DNA of 62,644 nucleotides, counting the filler, from Piedraia hortae CBS 480.64 (lineage: Eukaryota), in the NCBI GenBank assembly GCA_010093745.1. It is 5 parts of 5 records of this genome, joined end to end, with 100 filler letters (N's around TTAATTAATTAA, not from the genome) between each part and the next. Parts side by side here need not be neighbours in the genome. Positions count along the whole stretch, not along the records: positions 44,426 to 57,096 come from MU006072.1; positions 57,197 to 62,644 come from MU006077.1; 3 more parts are not named here. One strand, written 5' to 3'. The notes under the pieces are model-generated. The model was given only the letters and a program-made list of their open reading frames with translations. It had not been told where the DNA came from and made no database searches. A program made the translations under genes and the position numbers. Positions 52,180 to 62,644 of this stretch are shown piece by piece (position 1 is the first letter of the stretch; each line of letters opens with the position of its first letter).

Positions 52180-52700
52180 TCATTTCAACGTCGACGACCA
52201 GCACGTCGCATTTGCGCTCTTCGGGGCCAGGTCGGTTGATCGGGGGAGTTTCGCCGACTGCTTGGACGCGTTGAGGTACTTGATCAGCTGGTGTATCTGA
52301 TCAAGCTCCTCGTCAAAGTAGGCCAAGTAAGCGTCCACCGCGATGTTGAACCGATGATTGACCGGGATTTGTGAATCCCTGGCAAACACGGTTTGTGGAA
52401 CAGTTATTCCCGACAATCAGGAAGACACCACTCATGGACCTATTATACTCTGCGAGGATTTCGTTAAATGTACCCCAATGGCTGATGGCATCGTAGCTTG
52501 ACTCGTCTTTGAAGCCACGGAACGCGATCATCGGAGATTCCTTCTTCCCGTCAACAGAGTAGACGGCAAATATCCCAAGATAATGGTGGGAGTCTTGCTT
52601 CCAGCCGTTCAATATAAGGCTAAACTCACGAGGCAGCCTCTGCCTGATGGACGCACCAACCTCATCACGCAGCACTTGCGGATGGCTTCGCGGCTGATCG
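52180..52700 (-). mobile_element. Degenerate hAT-like transposase fragment
   Basis: FSLILNGW...HYLGIFA, FLIVGNNCSTN, HRFNIAV, NATCWSST correspond to hAT DxW, DNxxxN, CxxH and TRWxST motifs. Confidence 0.72.
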
Positions 52701-52867
52701 TGTCTACGTTGGCTATGGCTTTCTACGTGGGTATTTCAAGGCAGGACAGGGCAGTATCAGAGTAGCGCATCTAACGTCGTGTCTTCTCCAAGGAGATGAG
52801 ATAACCTGAACTTAGAAGCTCCACGAAATGTACGGTAGAACGCAAGAAAAATCCTCGATTGGCCACC

Positions 52868-53049
52868 TGTCATAACCGGTGGGTTTATCACTGGACTCAG
52901 CGCGCACCTAAGTTTTCACAACGCCGTAACTCATCATCTAAACACTGTTCCAAAAGTTGGAACCGTTTATCGAGCGCTCCAGTAATCCATACTGGTATGT
53001 GCACCGTTTCACTTTGGTATGGATGTTCTGTGGTAGCCACGATATGACA
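52868..53049. mobile_element. Possible solo LTR (182 bp)
   Basis: 7-bp terminal inverted repeat TGTCATA...TATGACA; no TSD, single copy. Confidence 0.35.
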
Positions 53050-53900
53050 GCTATGGCAGCTAGCTGAGGCTGGACTGGGTAGCGGCGAGCTGAGGCTGAG
53101 CAGAGAAGTAGCTGATGCTACAATGAATGGAAGAGGAACGATGATGCGAATGGAAAAGAGAGATGCATACGTCTCCATTCTGGGGATGATCCCTCGGCTA
53201 AGTACTCAGCTAAAGACCAGTCCCGGAGGGAATAATGCACAGCATGCATAACAAAAGGAACAATGCATGAAAACACGATATGCGGGGACCAGCACAGCAA
53301 GTACGTCCGACACTGTGTCAGGGAGGACCAGCCCCACACGTGATGTATCCGATTCTAGTAGTGAGAATAAAAATGGGAGGGTGACGCGAAAGACGATTTT
53401 GTTTTTACTACCTTGCTACCAAGACTTTTGAGAGTCGAGGTTGCCTGTCATCTTAACACTTTGAGACTATCTCCGGCTATGTATCTACGATGCACTTATC
53501 ACGGCTCCCCTTTTGACTCTAAAACGGTATCAGATCTATGGAGTGTGAAAGTCTCGTCCTCACCTAAAAGAAACAAGGTGTTGCGATTGTCTGTTGTGGC
53601 CAATGTTACACGAGAAGGTCATTCTATAGGATCTCTCCAATTTTCTACCAGGTAACCTAGCCGGGGCCACTTGTCTGCTTGCCTTCCCATGCCTACGGAA
53701 CATGCATATAATGAGGCATATCATATGCCTCATTAGTGAAATCCGCTCATACATGCTAAACAGTAGGCTCATGCATGCACCCCACTCTTATCCCACTTCA
53801 TCGAAGCTCAGCCTTGAACACGGCAAAGCCTTGCAACAGCTTTCTTCATGCCAAACCTTCTCAAACTGCCCTCTCTCATTGCCATTAAAACGTGCCCGGC

Positions 53901-56900
53901 ATGCCCGGATGCTGGGAGTCCTTCAAAGCGATTTGTGAATCACTGGTCTCGAAATTACGACCTCGTAAATCCAAAAAATCAAAACATGCCACGCCAGGGG
54001 CTCCAGCTCCCGCCTCACAGCATCTCCAAACTTTGCGGCCAAACAATACGCCGGTAGAGGTGTCACGCCCCGATCCACAGCCCTCACAGCCTTCGCAGTC
54101 AGAAAGTGCGCCTGTGGAAGCTTCAGCTTCCACTTCACAGACCTCACAGCCTTCACAGCCAAACAATGCACTTGCAGAGGCTTCAGCTTCTGTTCCGCAG
54201 ACTTCGCAGTCGAATAATGTGCCTGTAGATGCGTTCCCTCCCGCTCCACAGCCATCGCAACCGTTGCAGTTAAACAGTATACCTGCGGAAGTGTTGGCAT
54301 TTAGCCCACGGCACTTGCAGCCTCCGCATCCACGAAATGCCTCAGTAAAGGCTCCGGTCTCTGCTCTACCGCCCTTGCAGTCCCCGCAGTCCCTCAATGC
54401 ACCTGTCCAGACCTCGGTTTCCGCTTCACAGCCCTTGCAGCCATCACAGCCAAACAGTGCGCTTCTACAGGCTTCATCTGAGTTGGCAAAAAAAAGCCCC
54501 TTCCGAGACAAGAACCAATTAACGCTTGATGCCCTTAATGGTCTTGCCGAAAAAGATCGCGACTTTGTCGAGAAGCAGCTTGGTTTAGATAGTTACTTCG
54601 ATAGGGACAAGGCCAAAGTCGAGGCCTTGAGAAGGCAAAATGAAACAGGAAGGCCCCCTAAATGGATTGTGAGCATGAGAAAGATTGCGTGTCAGATCGT
54701 GCAATTTGCGCCAGTAGTTGACGTTGCGACGAATGTCAAACCAGAGGTTCTTAGCCTGCCGTGGGCCGGCATTCGCTTCCTCTTGATGGTAAGCAACAAT
54801 GCTGTGCAACTGCGACCCTGAATAACACTATTTATCTAGGTGGCTCAGAAAACTCAAGAGCAAAGTGAATCGATCCTAAAAGGGATCGAAACGGTGCTAG
54901 ACACAGGCCACTTGTTGAACATGTATTTTGACATATACGGCCAGCTTGATGCGACGCCCGCAATTCGCCCTTTGTATGACAACATCGTCAAGCTATACGG
55001 CCTCAATCTGACGTTCGTGGCACATGCTCAGCACACATGCGACATGAAGTCGTTTAAGCGGACGATACACTCTCTGACTGGTCAAGTTATACCAAAGTTC
55101 GAGACTGATCATGACAGGATGCTGAATACGGTTCAAATGCATCGTCAAGCTGTGAATGATGAGGTGTCGAAAAAGCAGCAGGCTTGGGTCGAAGAGCAGC
55201 TTAAGGCGTTGAAGAAGGTTCAGGAGGAAGTCAATGAGAGAGTCAAGGGCGTTCAACAAGCGCTAGATCTTAGTGCTCTTCAATACGCTAAGAAGGCGGC
55301 TTACGACTCGGTGTACTACAGTGGTGACAACCAGGATGGTGACTTTCAGTTGTGTCAAGACGGTACCCGAGTCGATATCATAGAGACCATACGAAATTGG
55401 GCCACTACCGACAATGAGCAAAGGGTATTCTGGCTATCCGGGAAAGCTGGAACGGGTAAATCCACAATTGCTCGAACCGGTTGCCCATGAACTGGCGAAA
55501 CGGGGGTATTTGGTGGGCAGCTTCTTTTTTAAGCGCGGCTATGGCGAACTGAGCAAAGCTCAATATCTGTTTCCCACCATTGCCCACAAAATGGCCTATA
55601 CGATACCTAGCATCAGCGACAAGATCGCTGATGCCTCTCGCGACTCACCTGATGCAGGTTCGAAGCTCTTGGAAAAGCAGTTCGAGATGCTCATCGAGGG
55701 ACCGCTTTCAGGGTATAACACGGGGTCTGCAACCGATGTTAGGGCGATTGTCATCGATGCTCTCGACGTGTGCGACGCCAAAGGAGCCATAGGGGAAGCC
55801 ATGAAACTTTGGCCGAGGCTCAGTGCTCATACCTCTATGAACCTGAGGGTATTCGTGACGAGTCGGTCGGACAATGAGATCTTGGGCACGCTCGGCCAAT
55901 TGGATCACAAGTATCTTCAGCACGAGAGGCTTGAACTATGGCAATCGAGTACCATCGAAAATGACCTACGACAATATTGCGAGAATGAGCTGAAGAAGAT
56001 TCGCGAGAAGCGCAAGAACAATATGATTTCCGATGACCTAGGAGACGAATGGCCAGGAGCAGCTGATGTCGACAGGCTCGTTCAGATATCTCAGCCACTA
56101 TTCATCGCGGCTTCAACAATCCTCAGGGACGTAAGAAATGATCCAGGACGTCTTCAACAATGGGTAAAGCGGCTCAAATTTACCGGTACAGATGCTCTGG
56201 CCGCGATCTATCTGGAAATTCTGAACCACGCTGCTAATCTCGACGCCGAGTGGCCGAATTGGTTTGGCCAGGTCATCAAGCCATTAGCCCTTCTCCATTC
56301 TTCTCTCACCATCTCGGCACTTACGGATCTCTTGGGAGAGAATACTAGGACGGTTGCTAATGCTCTCATTCCTTTGAGTCCCGTAATTGAGTTTCCAAGT
56401 GGCAAAGAAGTCAGGGTGGACACCCGGGCCACGGTACGGATTTATCATGAATCCTTCCGAGACTTCCTCATGGATTCTAGTCTCAAGGACCATCGTAAAT
56501 TCTGGATTGATCAAGGAAAAGTACATGGCGTTCTCATGAGCAAATGTCGGAACTTGCTCGAGAAAGATTTGGTCCGCGATGTCTGCAGGCAGAAATATCC
56601 TGCAATGGAACGCAAAGATGTGTCCGCAGAGCATGTCGAAAAGCACATTTCTCAGTCAGTACAGTACGCCTGCCGCTACTGGGTTAGCCATGCAGTCAAA
56701 AGCAATGAGACACTTGAAGATGGCGGAAAAGTCGACTGTTTCTTGCGCGCATGTTTCCTTCATTGGACAGAGGCGATGGCTTGGCTGGATAAGCTTGGGG
56801 AACTGATAATATGCCTCAAGAAGCTGCAAGAGGCCGTCAACGTATGTATTGCTTCTGTTTTTGTCTGCCGAAAGTATGTCTAACCTTGAGCAGTCACAAT

Positions 56901-57015
56901 TATCGCCAAAGCTACACGCCTTTGTCGCCGATGCTCTGAGATGGGTTCTAGCAAGTCGAGGTATGATCAGCGATGCACCGCTTCAGACATATCTCTCAGC
57001 ACTGGCTTTTGCGCC
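53901..57015 (+). pseudogene. NACHT-domain NLR-like gene (HET-E/NWD type), frameshifted near 55479 and cut by an LTR; introns 54789-54839 and 56842-56893
   Basis: SLPWAGIRFLL, CQDGTRVDII, FWLSGKAGTGKSTIART, SFFFKR, IVIDALDVC, VTSR, YHESFRDFL, YACRYW..H, FLHW.EAM, PLQTYLSALAFAP. Confidence 0.88.
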
Positions 57016-57096
57016 TGTTGTGAATATGCGGTATATTACGCGCATTATTAGTAACCGGCGCTCGGCTCTCGACTTCACGCGTCAACTAGTTTTCCG
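57016..57096 (+). mobile_element. Partial LTR, family A, inserted in the NACHT gene
   Basis: TGTTGTGAATATGCGG... begins inside the codon for the final Pro of SALAFAP. Confidence 0.9.
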
Positions 57097-57196
57097 NNNN
57101 NNNNNNNNNNNNNNNNNNNNNNNNNNNNNNNNNNNNNNNNTTAATTAATTAANNNNNNNNNNNNNNNNNNNNNNNNNNNNNNNNNNNNNNNNNNNN
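57097..57196. other. Artificial contig linker
   Basis: N + TTAATTAATTAA + N. Confidence 0.99.
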
Positions 57197-57260
57197 CGTG
57201 AAGTCGAGAGCCGAGCGACGGTTACTAATAATGCGCGTAATATACCGCATATTCACAACA
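57197..57260 (-). mobile_element. Partial LTR, family A, at contig start
   Basis: Identical to 32-95. Confidence 0.9.
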
Positions 57261-57846
57261 GTTTCCCTCTTGACGACGACTTCCAAAGTGTTGCACATCT
57301 TGAGCACACTTGGCCATATACTGTATGATTAGATACAAATCTCCAACAAGCTTACATATCGCAGCTTATCTGCATCACAACTATTGAATCATCCTTCCTG
57401 GTATACCCGCAAGACCCTAAGGATTCCCTTTCAGGAGGTTTCTAGTCATATTCTTCGAATAACAACGCGAACAATGCAAAGCACCAAAGGCGTCTCGCTC
57501 AAGGAGAGTGCACGAGGATATCACGGTGGGAAGGATATGAAAAGCTTACCGCCTAGATTCCCTCGTATCCGACCTCGAGAGAGGCTCCCAGGCAACGGTT
57601 GAGAGCAATTCATATACAATCTCGCTATTCTCAACGCTTGATTTGCATGTGCAATTCTTTCCTCCCAGCGGCTCAACTAAGTTTTGTACCGCGTTGTTTG
57701 CAGGCTTCTTTCGGATCCCATGTTCAATACATTCGCTAACCTGTTCATGCAAGGATAAAATGTAGCATACTCGTATGCAGGACGGAATTTGGTCCCCTCG
57801 TGAAGCATATTGCTCCCTTGCTCCCCTTCAAGTGCTCATACCTAAG

Positions 57847-58601
57847 CTAATCACCGTCTCGCTCATGTTGTTCATGGCCAGCATAGCCATGGGGACCATG
57901 GTCAGAATACTGAAGACGCTGAAAAGAGGCAGCCGGATACATATCCGCTAGTGCAGATGTCGAACCCGTATATACTGGATAAGTACCTACAGTGGCATGC
58001 CAATCCTGGGAAGGATATATTGCTTGGGCCGGAGGTTGCGTGGCCTGAGTTTCTGCACTTCCTGTCAATGCGAAATCAGCGACATACCATTACCAGATAG
58101 ACTTACGATCTGAGGGAGCATTACCATCGCAGCTTGCTGTCGAATCCTGACTGTCCTTCAAGTGGACTCCGGAGTGGATGTGGAGGTCATTGCGACGCTT
58201 GAACGTCTTGCCGCATTCTTCGCACCTGTGCGGCCTTAGAGGTAAATGCACGCGAACGTGCGAGGTCAGATGATCGCGTTTGGTGGCGGAAACATCGCAA
58301 TTTCCCCAGTAACAGTTGAGACAGAGATTATTGTTCTTTTTGCGACCAATGTGATCCTCGGAGACGTGATGCTACGTCTGTAAGTTGAGACCAGGCAAAC
58401 GAGAACACAGCCACATACGAAAAGTGCATCAGCAGTATCGCAACGCTTGCCACACGCGTTCCAGAGGCATACGAGATCGTCATCGGTAATGAAGGGCAAA
58501 GGGAAATGTGTGGTATGGTTCACCTGCACTTGCTGTGCTTGCTGGCCTTGCTGGTCTAGCTGTGCAGCGACCGTGTCTACAACTTCCGAGAGAGACTGCA
58601 T
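57847..58601 (-). CDS. Short PacC/Rim101-like three-finger C2H2 transcription factor (220 aa); exons 58419-58601, 58107-58371, 57847-58061
   Basis: Spliced: [87 protein letters not shown]; both introns are GT-AG and in phase. Confidence 0.85.
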
Positions 58602-59025
58602 ATCTTAGCGGCATCAAATGGGTTCGCAAGTGAAAAGAACCGGTAAAATGAAACGGGAAAGAAAGATGAAAAAACGGACAGCAACTTGCTGATGTCGTTG
58701 TCAGGTGACCTTGGGGATTACGTAAGTCCTGCGTGCACGGATCCTCTTTGCCACTTTGGTGTGGCACCGATACGGTGGAAAGCAGGGGGGCAATGTAAAC
58801 TCAAGAACGAGTAAAGATACAGCGACTAGCTGCTCCGGGACTGACAGGCATGCTAAGTTGTTGGGTGCACTCCCGTTCGGGTGGCATCCATGGTGACGTA
58901 AGTGACTCATCGTTCAGGACTCCCCGGCTTTAAAGCCTTCACTTATCACACTTCAAGAGTGTTGCAGCCCCTCCATCCCTCATCTGTTCTCCATTTTTCC
59001 TATTAAAGTTACGCGCTGGGTTAAC

Positions 59026-59157
59026 TGTTGTGCAGGTCGCCGTGGAGCGATCCGCAGGTGATGACCCACATCCCTGACCAGGGTTCGCGTACTCGAAATT
59101 TTCCTGTGTAGCTCTAGATACGGACACACCTGCGAGGTGCCGCTGCTTCTTAGAACA
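59026..59157 (+). mobile_element. LTR, family C (132 bp), uninterrupted
   Basis: TGTTG...GAACA; homologous to the interrupted copy at 30146-30655. Confidence 0.85.
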
Positions 59158-59379
59158 GCTCACCTATATCAGGACTCAGAGCCTGCCTAAGTATTCCGGC
59201 GGAATTCAATGTCACATTCCTCATCCATGTCAGAGGTTCACGCTGGTAGGCCAGAATTCGGCTCATCCGTCACCGCGTCAGATCCTCGGTCACGTGATGG
59301 CACCCTCCAACCCGCCCAGCACGGCCATCAACGCTTTGCCTAGTCCTTGTATACAAAACTTGATAATTGTCTGCTGATG

Positions 59380-60469
59380 CCCAAGTCTCCTCTGTTCCTA
59401 GCCTTTTTCTCTCTCCTACCGCCATGGACGAGTCTATCGCGGTATGCTGCCCTGGATCTGGTAATTGCTCACTGTCTTTGCAAGATTGTCAAATCTGGAG
59501 CGGCCTACTCTTCCCTCCTTTACACATATCCACGCAAAGATCGAAGCTGGAGCCCCATTTCAGTCGCTGCTGTTTACATTTTCGACCCTCTTACGTTGTT
59601 GACTTGTTCGCCCGGCCAACTACCGTTTTTACAACCCTCTTCACGATTTATGTCGTCAGTGATGCTTGCGAAGAACGTCCCTATCGCGCAGCATTCTCCT
59701 TGGCCGTCGCAAGCTATATCGGCCTGCATTCGCTGCTTCTCGTGCCTCCCGTGGGACTTCTCTGCTATGATCGAGCAAAGAAGAGACTTGATGCGGTCGT
59801 CTTCGGAGCGAAACTTGCCTATCTATTTAAAGGAACCATCATGTTCCTGCTCCTCCTCTCCCGTTGCCTCCTTCCCCTCTTGGGCCTTTCTGGAATCCGT
59901 CTACCTTACACCCTTGACGATGCCAGATCTGACGCCAAACCCAGGTCTATGGTGGTACTTTTCATCGAAATGTTCGACGCATTTCGCAACTTCTTCCTCG
60001 GAGTCTTTGGCTGCACATGTTATCCTACAGCGTGCCGTTCACCATCAGACTGAAGAAGCAGCAGCTGGCAGCAGCCATAATGATGTTAGGCGTCATTGCC
60101 GTCTTCCAACCTTATGCCAACATCGCAGCTACAGGTGCCTGGCTCAGTTCGCTGACCCTTCTCGGGCATGCTTTTGAGCGTGCGTTTGAGCCATCCTAAT
60201 TATATCCTACTGACTGCGATAGTTTCCCCCGCGCACAGTTACACCTCCCCGCTCTTGCAACGCTGTCACGTTGCATGTTCCTCGGCCCAGCCTTTCACAG
60301 TTCGTGGATGGATGCCGGGTCGGGCAATGCCAACTTTTTCTACGCCATTACCCTCGTCTGGAGTCTGGATCTACTGGTCCTGCTTGCTGATGCGATCTAT
60401 GCTGTGGTGAGGGACGAGTGGGAGGAGTAGAGATCGGAAGGTAAGGGGAAGTAGAGTAGACAGATATGA
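59380..60469 (+). pseudogene. GAB1: GPI transamidase subunit PIG-U (Gab1) pseudogene
   Basis: PDLTPNPGLWWYF|FIEMFDAFRNFFLGVF, VFQPY, GSGNANFFYAITLVW motifs spread over three frames, with stops near the 3' end. Confidence 0.88.
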
Positions 60470-61093
60470 CCATGCTACATGTTAACCTATTCTTCCAGTT
60501 TCAACTGCCCGAGGGGATGTCAATTGGAGGGTTGTGGTTGGTCATTGACAGCCTATCATCACCTGAACCTTTCAATTTGCCCATGTGGTTTCTCTTTCCA
60601 CGACGCACCCCACCTCACGAATCCCAGCTTTGAGTAAACATAAACACATCGTACCTTGAAAGGAATGAGCGTCTAGCTTGCTGGTGGTATTATCCCCAGC
60701 AAAGCTGTCTGCTGGGTTTAATTGGCGGCGGGGTTTTAAGATGCTTGAAGCTCGGTTTGTCTCACGTACAGATATTTGTAGAGGCGGAGAACCAACGGAG
60801 AAAGGGTCCTGCCATGAGACAGTCCTCCGAAAAGGGCGAGAAAAAGCTTCAACATGGCTGAGCATCCCTGGAGGTCTGCTCATGCGTATAAATCTCAGAA
60901 CCTCAGGCAGAAATGTTCAAGTGCAACACGCCAAGACTTCAGACAGCACACTATATCTCAGAATTGACAATACACTCGCCAGAATACCTATAGTAAGCCA
61001 CAGAGAGGTGGCATAGCTCACCCGACGGAAAATCAGGTTCATTGGGTTCCCACGTTTCTGTTAAGCGACATCCAGCCAACTTACCCGCCACAA

Positions 61094-61337
61094 TGTTGGA
61101 AAATAGTTGTTGCGTAGCGTAATCGTTCTGAAGATTGAGTTTTTACAGAGTTTTTTTTCTGCTGTTCAGCGGCGAGCTTATATACAAGTAGCTTCTTTGT
61201 TCAGACAGTTTCAAATATCACTCTATTGCCCCACTGTCCTCTTTATTATTCTCTTGGAACATTTTGCTATACAGGATTTTTCTTTGCATGGCCTTTGTTA
61301 TCAGGCCGAGGTATGGCACTGATACTCCTCAACAACA
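61094..61337. mobile_element. Solo LTR, family D (244 bp)
   Basis: TGTTG...CAACA termini with exact TSD CACAA (61089-61093 and 61338-61342). Confidence 0.85.
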
Positions 61338-62359
61338 CACAACTCGTTTGCTGACCGCTGAGTTGGAACGCTTAGACCAAAGGAGAGTGTGGCACGTCTC
61401 ACGCGCCAGATCTGCTGTCAGTTCCAGTACCGCAGTGTAAGCTACGACGCTGCCGAGTGTCCCACACACCCAGAAATTGCCCAGCAACTCGCCAACAATA
61501 AGCATATCATTGGCCATGTCGACTTTCCAGGCTTCATCGGCTCCCTGCCGCAGGAGTTCTGCAATATGTGAACGAAGGGGCGCGATCGATACGGTCGACC
61601 GACTCACCACAAAACACACGGAGGCTCCAGCCAATGGGAAGGGCCCTTGTGTGGGCGGCAGGGACTTCCCTGTCTCCCCCACATTTCGTCCGCCGAGGCG
61701 ATGCAGGCATCCCAACTTTTGTTCACATCGGCATACGTGCAGCGTAATTTATCGAGCCTTAAACCGGGCGGTCAACATCCAGCAGCAAACCAGGGTCAGG
61801 AGGTAGAGAAAATTGAGCAAAGAAAGTCGGACGCAGAGATCCCAAAGCATGAACGATTTAGGGAGCTGGAAGTGAAGGTCTTGGACTCGAGAGATAAACT
61901 GGAGGATGAAGGGTAAGGATCTGCTCTTGCTGTTTGGGCTAAACTGATTGTAATAGATTGAACAAGGATCAGATAGACATTCGCTGCGACCAGCTACGCA
62001 AAGAGCTCCAAAGCGATGCCAGCCAGACTTCCACCAAGGAAACTTGAGATCTGAAAATTCATCAAGTGCATGAAATCGCTCGGGCAAAGAGCGAAGAGAG
62101 CGAGTGATTACCTCGTGTTCTTGGGGTTCCTCGTGATCACCAAGAAGGCCAACATTAGAGGACATTGGAGGACGCAGCAGCGACAAGATCTAAGGTGAAG
62201 GACCGTACCGCATGTGTACCGCGTAGAACTTCCGCTTATGAGTGGTACATTGAAACAGCGCGGTATTCCTGGAAGGAACCGTAAATAGAGTTCCTTGAAG
62301 TTCATGGTCCGTGCGATAATAGTACAAGAACCGTGTATAGAAAACCCTAGCCCAATGAG

Positions 62360-62529
62360 CAATGGGCATAGGGCGTATGCCCATTGACCGGCACAAAAAG
62401 GCCTAAAATGACATCCCACAATGTTCTAGAGACGTGTAGAGTAGGTTAGAGTGGTTTTCTAAGAGGTCGATTTTGGTGAGGGGGGAAGAGCGTATGCCCA
62501 TTGACGTTGTACCCCGTATGCCCATTGAC
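62360..62529. repeat. Clustered 15-mer CGTATGCCCATTGAC (three direct copies plus one partial inverted copy)
   Basis: Copies at 62374-62388, 62491-62505 and 62515-62529; inverted CAATGGGCATA at 62360-62370. Confidence 0.85.
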
Positions 62530-62644
62530 TTTTGATGGACTTGTCGAGGCGAAATTTGAACAGGGTAATGAGATGGTCCCGATGCAGGTTAGGAAAAAAG
62601 TTGAGATGATTCTAGTGGTTGGATGGCGATATAGGCAGGCAGTG

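Noticed and set aside
53885..54511. Minus-strand ORF with repeated CxGCxGC, resembling a metallothionein or ferredoxin
   Set aside because: It is the antisense reading of the PSQPSQ repeats of the NACHT gene.
1..62644. CRISPR arrays, tRNA, rRNA or self-cleaving ribozymes
   Set aside because: No regularly spaced repeat-spacer array, cloverleaf or hammerhead core found by eye; a covariance search would be needed to exclude small RNAs.

Overview
The window is five unrelated contigs joined by artificial N-TTAATTAATTAA-N linkers (17340-17439, 31207-31306, 44326-44425, 57097-57196). Contigs 1, 2, 4 and 5 are from a filamentous ascomycete with a compact, intron-poor gene set. They carry a CSC1/OSCA channel, DBP10, RPA32, a DUF202 protein, DIB1, ornithine aminotransferase, a velvet/VeA-like gene, a NACHT NLR pseudogene, a short PacC-like zinc-finger gene, and PDA1 and PIG-U pseudogenes. 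These are interleaved with at least five families of short solo LTRs (several with exact 5-bp target-site duplications) and decayed copia, gypsy, hAT and Tc1-like fragments. Contig 3 (31307-44325) is high-GC bacterial DNA, probably Alphaproteobacteria (Sphingomonas-like). It has an accessory block (HTH regulators, SRAP, GGDEF, HNH-RecQ fusion) joined through a truncated sensor kinase to an OmpR/EF-hand/TolC/RND efflux cluster. Best leads: (1) a ~6.4-kb fungal segment bounded by a 48-bp inverted repeat and carrying a stand-alone Clr2 N-terminal (silencing) domain gene; (2) a bacterial HNH-RecQ fusion operon, a candidate defence or repair system; (3) a short PacC paralog with a rewired third zinc finger; (4) an apparently young 126-bp LTR that interrupts the veA-like and NLR genes. 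Family assignments come from motif recognition only; no searches were run.
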